Shown: positions 14,211-28,615, counted from the first letter of the stretch. The stretch: 64,000 nucleotides of DNA from Octopus vulgaris (GCA_951406725.2 OX597819.1:45260001-45324000), one strand, 5' to 3'. Translations and numbers: made by a program. Notes: generated from the sequence alone by a model not told the origin.

Positions 14211-14695
14211 CGTGCAGATTTTGCATGACTCAATTTCGGAACCAGGTCTTCTCTAGTAGTCTTTTTCATAGTAACGTACCCATAACCGTACTCTTAAAGT
14301 TGCAGTGGACCAGTTTTAGTAGAGCTTGCACCGAGTGCTTTAAGAGGCACGATAATGTACTATTGACTTATCTGGGCGAAATTACTTGTCGTACTCGGGG
14401 GTCGTGCACTGTTAACGTACGCTTTACCCGAAAATTACAACCATCGTGCAGATATTGCATAACCAGATTTCGGAACCAGATCTTCTCTAGTAGTTTTTTT
14501 TTCGTAGTTACGTACCCTTAACCGTACTCTTAAAGTTGCAGTGGACCAGTTTAAGGGTACGGTCTTTTAGTAAAACTTGCACCGATTACTTTAAGAGGCA
14601 CAATAATATGCTATTGACTTATCTGGGCGAATTTACTTATAGTACTCGGGGGTCGTGCACTGTTAACGTACACTTTACCCCAAACTTACAATCAT
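14211..14695. repeat. Diverged direct tandem duplication of a ~240-bp unit
   Basis: 14211-14445 vs 14446-14695 share e.g. TTTCGGAACCAG, AACCGTACTCTTAAAGTTGCAGTGGACCAGT and GTACTCGGGGGTCGTGCACTGTTAACGTAC. Confidence 0.85.
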
Positions 14696-14945
14696 CCTTA
14701 TTGATAGCATACAAAATACAATAGCGTGATAGTGAGAAATTAAAAAAGTAAGAAATCGATTGCAAGCAACCTGTATTATGAGTTCAGGTAGGCGGGTTGT
14801 GGGTATTGGGTATTTTCTGCAACTACAAACGTAATCTCGAGAGGATCCGATACTCTAAAGCATAATACGTTGCACTTAGTTGCTGGGTAATATCGATAAT
14901 GCTGATGACGAATATATGTTGGCGATGATGATTATGATGGTGCGG

Positions 14946-14976
<31 letters not shown>

Positions 14977-15063
14977 ACTGGTTGGAAGAAAAGGAAAATG
15001 AGACGAATGGTGATGATAATGACGGTGATGATGATGATGGTCGTGGTGGTGGTGTTGTTGTTG

Positions 15064-15095
<32 letters not shown>

Positions 15096-16179
15096 GGAGG
15101 TGGTAGAGGTGGTGGTTGTAGTAGTGGTGGTTGTCATAGTAGTGGGGTGTTTGATGATCGTGCTGGTATTGTTGACAATAGTGGTAGTGGTGGCGGTGGT
15201 GTTGATGATGGCGGTGGTAGTTGTGTTATTCTTGTTGTTGTTGGTGGTGAGAAGGTAACAATGTTGTTCATGATTTTATGTATGGTTTGATGATATTTCA
15301 TACACCATATAGACGATCGAAAACCTTTACAAAGCAAATGTCATAATTACATATAAAATCGACGTTCATACACGCCATGTAACTACAAGTACAAAGGTAT
15401 AAGTTCATTAAGTATATCTAATACAACCCCCCATATAACTTGTCGTTAGGACGTTAGTGAAGGCAATGGAGAATGTCCTAAGACACAACCGTTCACCTGT
15501 ACTTCTTATGAAATTCTTATTCGTACTTCATATTCGTACTGAACTTCTTATTCGTGATATGAATCTCTTATTCGTACATTGGTTGAGTGATATTTTCTCT
15601 GCTTTACCGCTAGCGAATTGATGATGATTTAGCTGACCGAAACATCGAATTACTCTCTACAGTATTCTTGCTAAAGAATAATAAAATTGTTGTCAACTAA
15701 GAGAATTATATAATTGCACTCTACCAAGAGTATTAAGTAATCCCTAAGTTTAAGGCAAAATTGTTTTTATAGTATACAAACAAACATTTCTCCTGAGGAT
15801 TTCGATGATCAGAAAAAGGTGAAGAGACTCTTGAGAGACCGGTTTGCCGTAAATTGGCTTCTGTTCAGATCAGATGTGCTTGATTTCTTCCCCAATTAAT
15901 AGCATAGAACATCTGCTGCTATATAAAGAAGTCAGGAATGAAGCTATCACCGTAGCTGAGTTTTAAGATTTCTGTTTTTGAGGAATCGTCATTGATTAAA
16001 GAATATATATATATATTTTATGCGCAACAGAACGTAAATAGACCATTCTATGTATGTATGTTTGTGGGTGAGTCAATTTTACATGCATACGTTTCATAAA
16101 AAACACATTGAAGGAAAAGCCTCGCTCACCATTGGAGAGCGACCGAGAAGAGGTGATAATCTAAAGTTTTTACATCAGA

Positions 16180-16515
16180 AGGCGCATGGCTCAGTGGTTA
16201 GAGCAACTGACTCACAATCATGAGAAAGTGAGTTCGATTCTCGTACAGGGCTGTATGTTGTGTTTTGATCTTGAGCAAGACACATTATTTCACGTTGTTC
16301 CGGTTCACTCAGCTGTAGAAATGAGTTGGGCCGTCACTGGTGCCAAGCTATATAGGTCTTTGCCTTTCCCTTGGATAACATCGGTGGCTTGGAGAGAGGA
16401 CTTTAGTAAACATGGGCAACTTCTGGAATTTCATAAACATCTTTGCCCAGACTTGTGCCTTGGAGGGGAAATTTCTAGGTGCAATCCCATGGCCATTCAT
16501 CAAAATACAGGTTGA
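16180..16515 (+). mobile_element. Family-D tRNA/CORE-like SINE
   Basis: GGCGCATGGCTCAGTGGTTAGAGC...GAGTTCGATTC...TCTTGAGCAAGACAC; body shared with 22012-22305. Confidence 0.8.
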
Positions 16516-17294
16516 TCCGTTAGAACTTCTCAACCAAGCTCTTGAATAGCAATTTTGGTCAAATTAGCGACGCCGGAGAAGTATCGTCGCCTTAAAGAAA
16601 CACGCCGTGTAGACTCTCAGGTCATTTAAACCATACCTATGGAGTAAAAGTAACGGGCAACGATATCAGGAGAACATCTCATATGTGGGGCCGATTCCCT
16701 TGTGGATTAGCGCAGATCCTCATGAAGCAGCTCGGTTAATCGTTCGTCATTGAACTGAACTGGAACGCAGAAAGTCTGTGAGATAGAATTTCACCTCCTT
16801 GAAGCGTGAAATCTACTTCTGTACGGCTGTTTCAGTTATAGCACCTTCGTAGAAAACACAAATGTTTCGAGCGGTCTCGGCAGCTTTGGATTGTTCACTG
16901 AAAGCGAAGAGAAGCAGGTGTCAAAATCGTGATATCTCTGAAAAAAAAAAGTTTCAGAGTAAAAAATAGAAGTACAATAAATGACACGAATAAATAAAAA
17001 CATAATGTTACGATAAAAGATATTCTTCGCGTCAATTCAAATGACATTGTAAAGAAATAAATAGATTTATTTGATGACCCAGTCTATCTACCTACATTAC
17101 CTACCTACCTACCCACCTATCTACCTACCTATCTACCTACCTACCTACCTACCTACCTACCTACCTGCCTACCTATCTATCTATCTATCTACATATATAT
17201 ATGCATGTATATATATATATATATATATATGCATATATATATACCTACGTATCTATCTAAGTATATATGCCTATCTCTCTTTTTATCTATCAAT

Positions 17295-17365
<71 letters not shown>

Positions 17366-18271
17366 TAAATATAATCTAACTATAAATATTTAAAGAACCT
17401 TCACTAACTCTTATTGACTTATACTCAAACCACCTACAGAAGTGCAATCACAACACTATAATTAATTAATTTATTTATTTATTTAATAATAAATATTAAA
17501 TCATAATTATTAAATTATGTAATATACAATATAAAATCACATGCTAAATTTTTGAATTAATACTAGTACAAAACATAACTACAAATTAGAAACAAAATAG
17601 GGTTTAAATATAGTTGCTATTTATCTAAACATTTTTATATAAGTAAAGTAATTTGTGTCTATATTTAATTTTACGCTCGTCTAATGAACTAACTAATTTA
17701 TTATGATTAGTAAAATAATATTTCTTTAAATTCACTAGTACATAACAAACAGGTATTACCACCTATACTATATGATTTCGCCTTACAAATTATCTCCCAC
17801 TTTAAATTATAGTTAATTATACGAATTAAGTATAATTTTTATGTTCTAGTGAATTTAAAGAAATATGTTTTCTTTTCTTATATGTTAACGCTGTGTATTT
17901 CCGTGTTGTTCTTTGTCAATGGAATGCTAAAAATTGTCTAAAAGTATTAAAGAAAAAGCAACTAAAGATGACTTAGCAGTGCTCTAGACCCTACTCATCT
18001 GAAGACGAGCAGGTACAAAGCTAATTTTGGATCATTAATGTAATAATGTATACAATTTAAGTAAAATTTAGCAATTATCAGCTGATGCTAATGCGCCGAA
18101 ACAGTTTTAGTGATTTGAAATAAAGCTTGTTCATTCCATCTTTACATATTAAAATTCTTCTTTTCTATAAACTCTGCCGATATTCACGGATTTCTACATG
18201 TACATCCGGAGAAATGAGAAGTCCTACTGTATGAAAGCATTTGGTGCCTGATGCTCGTGGAGTAGCTTTGG

Positions 18272-18562
18272 AAGGCATTCTATGAGGTCATTGGCTTAGT
18301 TTTGGGGGGCATTCTATTCTCGGCCGCAAGGTATGTCCTTGTGCAAGACACTTTATGCCACTCAGTGAGCAAAAATGAGTAGTACTTGTATTTCAAAGGG
18401 CCAGCCTTGTTACATCCTGTGTCACGCTGAATGTCACTGGCAACTGTGCTAAAGGTACACGCGTTTGTGGAGTGCTCGTCCACTTGCACGTTAACTTCAT
18501 GAGCAGGCTGTTCTATTGATTGGATCAACTGGAACCCTCGTCGTCGCAAACGACGCAATTCC
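18272..18562 (+). mobile_element. Family-E SINE (degenerate)
   Basis: GCAAGACACTTTAT core; 3' part CACTTGCACGTTAA...GGCTGTTC..TTGAT..GATCAA...CGTCGCAA shared with 53860-54160. Confidence 0.65.
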
Positions 18563-18607
18563 AATTGTATGTATGTATGTATGTATGTATGTATGTATGT
18601 ATGTATG

Positions 18608-18646
<39 letters not shown>

Positions 18647-18891
18647 ACACGAGTAAGCACATAAATGCAAAATAAGGTTGAAAAAATAGTACTCGAATAC
18701 GAAGACAGAGTAACTTGCTTTTTTAATTTCTATTAAAGTTGCAAAACATCACAAAAAAACTTGCTAATTCTTGATCACAGTTGCCCGTGAAACTCTGAGT
18801 AGAAGATTTTTTTGTGAGGGTTTTGCAACTTTAATAAAAAAGTATATGAAGCATATGTAGCCCTGATATTATCTACTCCAGCCCTTAACAC

Positions 18892-18926
<35 letters not shown>

Positions 18927-19140
18927 CAGGGTGACCCAAAAGTAGGTTTACAGTTATTCAACCATCTCTTTCGCATTCATTTATTAACAGTTTAAGATCT
19001 TAATTCTAAATAAAAATATGAAACCATTATTCTATGCTAATTTATTTAATTGTAAAATACAAATTTAAATGTAATAACATGTTTTGAAAGAAATTTAAAG
19101 TGCCTACGTGATAACTGTAAACATACTTTTGGGCCACCTG
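18927..19140. mobile_element. Tc1/mariner-type MITE in (TA)n
   Basis: TIR CAGGGTGACCCAAAAGTAGGTTTACAGTT / AACTGTAAACATACTTTTGGGCCACCTG, TA flanks; second copy at 34945-35159. Confidence 0.85.
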
Positions 19141-19234
<94 letters not shown>

Positions 19235-19726
19235 TGTCTTTATGCGACTTTAGACTTATGAACAAAAGTATACGGATGTACATAGGAATGCGAATGTGTA
19301 CATAACCGTAAATCTCTTTCCATTGCTCACTGTACACGATTGCGAAGTGTTTTGCTATGCGGTGACGTTTGCAATACTTATTTCCATTTCTGTGTTGTCG
19401 CTTTTAAGTGTGTATACGTTTATACTTCTATGCACGTATACGTCTATGTGTCTTTGCGTGATTATGATTGCGGAAAACCGTTCGTGTGTCAGAGTACATC
19501 TCAATTTATACGCCAGTGTATTTATGCGTGAGGGTATTTCTGATATATATATACACACACAAACACACATACAAACACATATATATGTGTGTGTGTATTG
19601 TATTATAAGTCTGCTGTATTATATATGCTTCTGTGCACGGAGTATGTGTATGTGGTACATGTGTGTTCGTCTACATAATTAGATGGAGAGCTTCAGATTA
19701 AAGACAGCTTAAACGTTTGATCTCAC

Positions 19727-19770
19727 CGAATCCAACGTTTCAATCGGTTCCACCCCACAGTGGGATATAT
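19727..19770 (-). other. Candidate 44-nt exon
   Basis: cttttctatccag|ATATATCCC...TGGATTCG|gtgaga in a unique island. Confidence 0.3.
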
Positions 19771-20319
19771 CTGGATAGAAAAGCTTTCACAGTGCTAGTC
19801 GGGTGGTTGGGTATGTGAGGGGCAGAGCGATTTTAGATGGATAGACACAGAATATATATAAATGTGAATGGGTATATGTGTCTGTGTGTGTTTGTATGTG
19901 CATGTGAGTGTATATATGTATTTGTATGTATCTAAATATATATATATATGTTTGTGTATACAGATTGACAGATGGCTATATAGAAAGATGTGTGTGTGTG
20001 TGTGTGTGTCATTTGATTTAGAGGTACAGTAGTAGACACACACACGCGCACACACAGTAGAAATTTTGACAGATAGATAGTGATAGGATAAGTCGATAGA
20101 TAAGTAAAATCAGAGGGGAAAGAGAGGCGGAAGAGAAATATGTGCATACAGACGAAATAAATAAATGAATAAATAAATAAAAATATCTAAGATAATTTCT
20201 CCCATCCTATTTTTATTTCAGCTCATTTCATTAGTAAGCATACGATATTATATTTATATAATATCATATGGATAGAAATGAATATCCAGTTGTATGTGTA
20301 TTAAACATTTTATAAATAT

Positions 20320-20525
20320 TGGTTTCAAATTTTGGCATAAGGCCAGCAAGTCCGGGGAAGGGGGTAAGTCGATTACATCGACCCCCGGTGCTCAACTGGT
20401 ACTTATTTGATCGACCTACGAAAGGATGAAAGGCCATGCCGTCCTCGGGGGAATTTGAACGTTAAAACAGGCGAACTGCCGCTATGCATTTTTGCCCGGC
20501 GTGCTAATGTTTCTGTCAGCTCACT
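20320..20525 (-). mobile_element. Family-A SINE (alternative tail)
   Basis: Family-A body with TTCAAATTTTGGCATAAGGCCAGC-type tail. Confidence 0.8.
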
Positions 20526-20612
20526 ACTTTACATTTTATAAGTACCGCGCAGGAATAATTCTTGGAGATATATTTTTTTTCCCCATTCTCGTCAAAAACA
20601 TGTAATATCGGA

Positions 20613-20841
20613 CTCTTTACTTGTTTCAATCATTTGTCTGTGGCCATGCTGGAGCACCGCCTTTACTCGAGCAAATCGACTCCAGGACTTATTCTTTGTA
20701 AGCCTAGTACTTATTCTGTCGGTCTCTTTTGCCGAACTGCTAATTTACGGGGACGTAAACACACCAGCATCGGTCGTCAAGCGATATTGCGGCGAGAAAC
20801 ACAGACACACAAACACACACACACACACACACTCATGTATA

Positions 20842-20873
<32 letters not shown>

Positions 20874-20955
20874 CGACGGGCTTCTTTCAGTTTCCGTCTA
20901 CCAAATCCACTCACATGTGGTTCGTAAGAGAGCTACTTATCACACAGCCTCTCCT
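20613..20955 (-). mobile_element. Family-B SINE, internally deleted
   Basis: Homology to other family-B copies. Confidence 0.8.
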
Positions 20956-21461
20956 TGCTCATTTATAATAGTCATGTTCGTCCGTTTGTCACTGCGTTTT
21001 CTTAAGGAAAAAAAAGGAAAAAGAAAAAAACTACTGCTAGCTCACAATTAGATTAGGCATTTCTACTTCATTTAAAATTGCTCTTTACACTAAACATATC
21101 AAGTAAATTTTAACATTTTGGTCATGTTTAAGCAGTTCATTTCTCAACCAGCTAATTTCAGGTTCAATCACACTACAGTACCCCATGACCCAGATGTGTA
21201 TTCTATAAGGACTCTGGATAGGGCAAAACCTTCTCGAAGTATAATTTATCCGAGTCGGGGAAAACTGTGAGGTAACCCATCGCAAGAGTTTGATCTGTTT
21301 ATTCTGTAATCCAATTCAACACCCTGAACTGACACTTCGGTGCCCTTACACTGTTCATAGGAAAACCGCGTCCATTCCTTTCCTCACATCATTCTGCAAA
21401 CGTCTGATAAAAGAGCCACAAACGCTATTCTCAAACATTAAAATGTCTAAGTGTGGAAGAT

Positions 21462-21783
21462 TTTTTTATGCGCCCTTTTCAAGCCTAGCCAGGCTCATGG
21501 GCACGGTTTCCCGGTTTCTATGGCGTATGTGTTCCCCCCACCCACCCCCAGCTGGACGAGACGCCAGTCCATCGCAGCGTTGCTCAAGAAACAGGAAGAA
21601 ATAGTGAGAGAAAGTTGGGGCGAAAGAGTACCACAGGGGTCGCCACCACCCCCTGCCGAAGCCTCGTGGAGCTTTTTGGTGTTTTCGCTCAATAAACACA
21701 CACAGCGCCCGGTCAGGGAATCGAAACCGCGATCCTCCGACCGTGAGTCCGCTGCCCTAACCACTGGGCCATTGCGCCTCCGC
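21462..21783 (-). mobile_element. Family-C tRNA-derived SINE with TSD
   Basis: Head GGAGGCGCAATGGCCCAGTGGTTAGGGC..GGTTTCGATTCC; CTGCGATGGACTGGCGTC block; A-tail; 13-bp TSD AAGTGYGGAAGAT at 21449 and 21784. Confidence 0.88.
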
Positions 21784-22011
21784 AAGTGCGGAAGATACAG
21801 AAATCAAAAGTGAATATTTTATAACCACTGGATATGAAAAATAGGGATGGCCTACGTAACTAAGGAACATTAATAAATTTGTAAACTAAAAGAATTTAAG
21901 TTCATGTGCTGCTCATGCTGTCGCTATTCCACTCGTAATCATATTCAAAAGCTTTTCATCACTGACCAACCCCAATCTTTTTGGTGGGGGGAGGGCGTCG
22001 TATTTAGACTT

Positions 22012-22305
22012 AGTGTCAGCACAAGGGTCAGTGATTAAAGCGTCGGGCTCATAAACACGAGGAAGTGAGGTCGATTCCCGGACACGGCTGTGTGTTGCGT
22101 TCTTGAGCAAGACACTTTATTTCATGTTGCTCCAGTTCACTAGCTGTAAAAAAGAACTGCGACGTCGCTGGTGCCGATCTGTATCGGTCTTTGCCTTTCC
22201 CTTGGTTAACATCGGTGACGTGGAGTGGGGAGGCTGGTATGCATGGATGACTGCTGGTCTTCGATAAACAGTCTTTTTCCGGTGCGTACAAACGAAGGTG
22301 GGGGG
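22012..22305 (+). mobile_element. Family-D SINE
   Basis: Homology to 16180-16515. Confidence 0.8.
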
Positions 22306-24821
22306 GCTTTACCTATTTTTAGAATTACATTACCTAATATGACCTGTATTTTTTGTATATTGGAACACTAGTTGACGAAAATTCTTAGCAGCTATTTGTA
22401 GTAGATCGAACAATAACCAAAAGAGTTTTCACTTGGTTCGTGTGGCAAGTGGAGAAGTGATCTTTGCTGGTTTGGCGTCTCGAATCTTTCTTTCGAATGT
22501 ATTCTGATTTAATACTGTTATAAATCTCATATTTTTTCCTTCGAAATGAAACATAATGATATACACACTTATTATTACCCACGTGTGAGTAAAATAATTA
22601 TTTGAAACTATAAAATGAAATACCTCCTATGTCCTTTTTGTTTTATTAGACGGAATACTAACTTCATAAGTCAATCGTATCAAATCTTGTCCTTTTTTTC
22701 AGTTTGTTAATTTATGTTATCGAATTCAATTTGTCTAATCGTTGCCTTACAGAATATAACAGAACAACTTAAGCAACACCAATATACATTAAACTCTCTC
22801 TCTCTCTATCTAACACAATGCAGGTACTCATAAACGCACACAAAATAGGTTTTCTGCTTGTTTTTCTTTAACCAAACCGACTCGCAAAGAGGTTATTCTA
22901 AAATATATTTGCAAAATACGCTGTGCAGTGGCGGAATCGACCACGCTATCAATTGGTTGCTTGAGAAATGATATTCTTAACCACATGACCATGGTTGCTT
23001 AAAATTTATTTCCGAGTGATCCTATTCATGTATCATTGAAACAAATCTGTCAGTCCAACACGTGCTTAGTATTGATATACCAGCCAAGTACTGCAACCGA
23101 TTCTCTCTCTCACCCAGATAGAGGGAGTGAGAGAGAGGGAGAATCATTGTAACTGTTTATTAGAAATCGTAAAATAACAGAGTACGCTAACTGATAAAAG
23201 ACTCGTTGGAAACGTAGAGTTCAAATATTTTATTCGAACGAAATGAAGTGTAACTGTAAATTAGTGGTTTCACCGATGGCGGCTCATGCAATAACCCTAT
23301 TGTTATTAGTTGACAATTGTCACTTTGTAGTATTGAATATCCGTTTTATACTAGTATAATCGTCAAGGCGACTTATGGTACTTGTCAAGGCTCTTAAAAT
23401 TTTTAGCTGAAATCCAACCGGGATCGACTCTACTTTTTATCCCTTTAGGGTCAATTTAATCGACTAATCTTATTCTTGCCCCGAAATGTGAGAGCATCTA
23501 CATGGTCGCTCTATCAGCTAGTAATAGTAGGTAAAACTGCCTCTAATGAAATATATATTTACATAAAGGACACAATTACAATCTTCAATACGTAGACGGG
23601 AGAGTTTGGAAGGACTACTTTTGACCAACATTATATTGGCAGAAGCGCTAGAGCTGTATTTTGTTACGGCATTGTATATTCTGAGCCCAAATGCTATCGA
23701 CACGAATTTTACTATAATTCTTTTATAGTTCTAGTGGTGCAGACTGATAAAATAATATACCAGTCAAGTACTGATTGAATCAGCTGTGTTCACCCCTCGA
23801 GAGGACCTTGTACTATGTTAAAACTTTGTGGGCCCAGATCTTGTTCTCACAAAATCTCGATAGCCCTACATTTGAATGACGACAGTTGTTTCACCGTCGG
23901 TTAGTCCGTATAAAAAAGATTCATGATCGTAGGTATTCTAGCCGTAAACACTCCGTTTACGTTAAAAAATAATGTAACTACTTTATTCGTTGTACCCGCC
24001 ACACGTTTTGTTTTGAAACAGTATAGGCATTATTTGAGGAAAATTTGGCTGCTATTTTTTGCCGGCTTAGTGACAGCTCAGTGACTCATAGTCTGGTGGT
24101 GTCATTAATGCTTATAATCTGGTTGTCGTTATTGATAATAGTAGATATCATATAGCCCCAAGTAATCTGTAGTTGAACAGATCTATGATCAAAGACATTC
24201 TAGTCGTGACCATTCTGCCTGTTTCTTTCAAGCAGAGAAAACTCAGAACATGTTATCCAACCAGTCTTTTTTGTAGATGGTAGAGTGTGTTATTTCAGTC
24301 AGGTTGAACGAAATTATAGAGACTCTTTCATTAGTTTGTAATACCATTTTTATAAGCCAATGATTATCACGGCTATAAAGAGTACTTCTAAAGCTAAACT
24401 CCTAATTCAGAGCTCACGTGACAATTATACTCGGTGTTAAAGACAAACGAATACGATGTGTCACAATATCTGACATTCACATTCTGATAAAGTAGCTTCA
24501 TTAACTTTAGAATTTTTTCAAATATTTTAATTAAATTATTTATTCCAGTTTTAATATTTTAACCATTTTATCTTTTAACTATTTAATTAACTATTGTAAC
24601 TTCATAACTATGTTAATATTTTAATTAACTGTTTTAATTATTTTTCCATAATCGCGTGCAATGGCGCGGCAGGAACAGCAGCGCGGTGGCTACATGCTAA
24701 ATATTATGTAAATTTCTTTCTCTAACTTCTTAGTTCAAATCGCGCGGTGATTGCATAAACGATTGAGTTTCGATCAAAATAAACAATCTACATACACTAA
24801 GGGTGAGTTCGATCAACGGTA

Positions 24822-24977
24822 TATACCAAGGTGTGCAGAAAATGTCCTGACTTTAGGTAAAAGAAAATAGCGCAGGATCAGCTAATTACGATTTTATTCA
24901 ACGTATTTCCCTCTCAGATTCGCACACTTATTGCAGCGGTCCTTCAGTTTCTCTAAGCGCTGCAAAAGAACTCGGCC
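24822..24977 (-). mobile_element. Mariner 3'-end relic
   Basis: Minus strand reads LEKLKDRCNKCANLRGKYVE* (mariner C-terminal motif) followed by a TIR-like end. Confidence 0.7.
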
Positions 24978-25399
24978 ATACGCGATACACCTAAAGCCAT
25001 ACATACATAGTGTATATAGTATTTATACAGTAAAACTTTCGTATTCATATCTGTTATCATTTACTTGTTTCACTTTTTTTAATGCGGCCATTCTGGGGTG
25101 ATTTCCTAAGCAAGTTCTTGCATATATATATTGAGTTTTTTTTCTGCTATCGTTTCTATTTCCAAATGCATAAATGGAGTTCTGCTGCGATAAATGTTCC
25201 TCTATTCGTGACCGTCCTCTTTTTTTCATTCAGAGACTAATAAAATAATTACAAAATTGCAATATTACATTTGCTACCGAATTTTTAAGTGTACTTGATT
25301 ATATATGGGCTTATATTTGGGTTCATACATATTTCAGTTCTGTTTATTTCTTCTTGCAGGAAGCAGTGTAATGAAGTTTATAAATGAAATAACCCATTC

Positions 25400-25430
<31 letters not shown>

Positions 25431-25452
25431 CATACATACATACATACATACA

Positions 25453-25486
<34 letters not shown>

Positions 25487-25556
25487 CATACATACATACC
25501 TATATACATATATACATACATACATTTATACATATATACATGTATACATACATACA

Positions 25557-25603
<47 letters not shown>

Positions 25604-25610
<7 letters not shown>

Positions 25611-26196
25611 TTATTATGTGAAAGCACGTGGTTGGATGTATAAAAGACAAAATACACTCTGCACCGACAGCAGATTGCATTCCCAGTATACAGAATGATA
25701 CCCTTCGGTGAACACATAGAGAAATCCGCTAAGCAACTGCTACCACAATTTCCATTTTATCAATGTGCCATTGGAACACAAACACAAGTTAGATTAAATA
25801 AGGAAACCTACTTCATTGAAAAATATAAGCCAAAACTTAAAATATAAAGCAAAACTCAACCGCTTCTAACATTCTATTCTTTCTAAACCCAATCATGTTA
25901 AATTAATAAAACCTAGTCATTCCCAACGTTTTGGATTATCTCCCTTATACCGAAAAAATCCCTGTTTACCGACCTCTGTCTGGAACTCTCATACTTCACA
26001 TCATAGCAAAGTGATGATACAATATCAGTAAAGAAATTTGAGAACTTTTAAAAGAAAATACGAAACCCGTTATTTCTGTAAAACAATGTTCCTATATACA
26101 AAATTTCATAACATTTTTCTAACATAACGATTTAAATATATTCTTTAACCATATAACACAAATCTTCTGTAGTTTTTCCACTCTATTTTGTCTTTA
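25604..26196 (+). mobile_element. Diverged PLE 3' fragment related to the 6.3-8.2 kb element, with a short inverted 3'-end piece
   Basis: TLHRQQIAFPVYRMIPFGEHIEKSAKQLLPQ..FPFYQCA..RLNKETYFIEKYKPKL; 25641-25654 is largely inverted to 26184-26196; degenerate HHR TTGAGAA...GAAACCCGTTA at 26031-26077. Confidence 0.85.
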
Positions 26197-26197
26197 C

Positions 26198-26368
26198 GAA
26201 AAAAAACAAAAGACGAAGACAGGTGGTGTACAAAACAAACAGATGTATTAGTATAATGCTCAGGAATAGAAAAAGTATTTTACGTTTCGGGCCTACGCTC
26301 TTCTACAGAAAGGAACACAGAAAAAACAAGGAGAGAAAGAAGGAGAAAAAAATGTGTGTTGTGGCTAA

Positions 26369-26370
<2 letters not shown>
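26198..26370 (-). mobile_element. Putative PLE-type 3'-end/pLTR fragment with HHR-like motif
   Basis: Repeated at 47940-48230 and 51240-51430; minus strand CTGTAGAAGAGCGTAGGCCCGAAACGTA; next to (TA)n. Confidence 0.6.
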
Positions 26371-26425
<55 letters not shown>

Positions 26426-26911
26426 GAGAGAGAGAGAGAGGGGGGGAAGAGAGAGATACAGTAGTGTGTAAATACCACTTGCTAAAATCAGAGTCATGGC
26501 TCGAAAATCACCAGAAACTCACAATAAAGATACACACGAGCAATGCAATGAACATATGAGAAATAGGCTTACCTTTGCGGTGAATACGTCAGTAAGTAAT
26601 GTATACTTCAATACCAATTGATTTTATCCTCTGCGTGTGTAGGCGTGGCTGTGTGGCAAGTACCTTGCGTTAAACATCCTCTGGGATCTTCAGTTCAAAT
26701 GAAAATTTTAACTTCTGCTTCTAAAATTTTCAATAGATTAGCTCGTGTGCTTACCTTACTTTAAAGGTCACGCTCCGTTTAAAAGGAAACTATTGCGTCT
26801 AAATTACTGTATATAAATTTGCCTTATATTGTGCTTGTAATGATGTGAACTTGCTGGCCACCTTATTATTACATTATTAATATCATTGATAACAGTTATA
26901 ATACATCTATG

Positions 26912-26965
<54 letters not shown>

Positions 26966-26968
<3 letters not shown>

Positions 26969-27130
26969 GACGGGCTTCTTTCTGTTTCCAGCTACTAAAT
27001 CCACTCACACGGCTTTGGTCAGCCTGAAGCTTTAGTAGAAGACAGTTGCTCAAGGTACCATGCAGTGCGCTCATACCGGGAACCATGTGATTGGAAAGCA
27101 AGTTTTTTTAACATGCAGCCAAGCCTGCGG
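26966..27130 (-). mobile_element. Family-B SINE 5' half
   Basis: Homology to family B. Confidence 0.75.
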
Positions 27131-27193
27131 CAATGGCTATCCCTCTATGTGTGTATGTATGTATGTATGTATGTATGTATGTATGTATGTATG

Positions 27194-27230
<37 letters not shown>

Positions 27231-27308
27231 GCTTTTGCGTGTGTGTGCGTATGTACATATATATATCGTGAATATATAATATATTAAATAATATATAATA
27301 TATGTATA

Positions 27309-27764
27309 GGCGAAGGTGTGGCTGTGTGGTAAGTAGCTTGCATTAAGCATTATTATATAATGTTTAATGTTTATTGTATGTTATTGTGTTTAAGAGGCTT
27401 AACGCCCCAATTTTAAGAAGATCACACCTCGTTTTGTCTTTTCCTTTTTCGTGAAAAAAAGAAGAGAATAATGTTTTAGAAAAAAAAAATCGGCGTGCAT
27501 TTTTTGTCTTCTCCCATTTATATTATCCTTTTTTCATCATTCACTTCATCAATATTTTTGTGCAGCACGCAAGCTACTCTGTGTCATGCCTTTATGGCAA
27601 AATTTTTTAAACAAAGTAGCTTGCTTACCAACCATATGGTTCCGGGTTGAGTGCTACTGCGTGATACCTAGGGCAAATGTCTTCTACTATAGCGTCGGGT
27701 CGACCAAAGCCTTGTGAGTGGATTTGGTAGACGGAAACTAAAAGATGCTCGTTGTATATATGTT

Positions 27765-27820
<56 letters not shown>

Positions 27821-28038
27821 ATTGTGTGTCTGTGTTTGTCCCTCAACATCGATTGACAACAGATGGTGGTATTATTACGTCCCCGTAACTTGGCGGTTCG
27901 GCAAAAGGGACCGATAGAATAAGTACTAGGGTTCCAAAGAATAAGTCCTGGGGTCGATTTGCTCGACTAAAGGCGGTGCTCCAGCATGGCCGCAGTCAAA
28001 TGACTGAAACAAGTGAAAGAGTTAAAAGAGTAAAAGAG
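27309..28038 (+). mobile_element. Family-B SINE interrupted by a 272-bp insertion
   Basis: Head 27309-27341 resumes at 27614; AAGTAGCTTGC duplicated. Confidence 0.82.
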
Positions 28039-28063
28039 TATACATATATATTGTACATATGTG

Positions 28064-28094
<31 letters not shown>

Positions 28095-28578
28095 GTACTT
28101 ATATGTGTATATATATATGTACTTATATGTAAATATATATATGTACTTATATGTGATATATATATATATATATATTCACATACATTATATGTACTAGTTT
28201 CAAATATACACGTGTGTATATGCATGTTTGTGTACGTGTATGTGTGTGTACATGAATGTGTGTATTCGTTTGTGCACGTTGTGTTTGTGTGTGCTCGTAT
28301 ATGTGTGTGTGCTTGTGTGCGTGCGTGCGTGCGTGCGTGCGTGTGTCAGTTTGAGTGCGATACTGAAATGAAATATTACTGTTGCATCAAACGGCCTCAT
28401 TGTTTTAATATATAACATAACCGGAACATCATTACACTCCAATGACCATTAACATATATAGAGATTAAAGAGAAGAACTGTTACGAAATATGATATGACC
28501 ACTACCAGTGGACATTGGTCTGAGTACGACATTTTGTGTAATTAACGTTAGAGGCCAGAGTAGGCCACCATATTATAT

Positions 28579-28613
<35 letters not shown>

Positions 28614-28615
28614 TT

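Noticed and set aside
21700-21781. tRNA-like sequences at SINE heads (also 16180, 29665, 36170, 60544)
   Set aside because: They continue into SINE bodies and lack intact cloverleafs, so they are not tRNA genes
26573-26630. Minus-strand exon candidate with AG|GTAAGC donor
   Set aside because: Stops in all three frames, and the acceptor overlaps a SINE remnant
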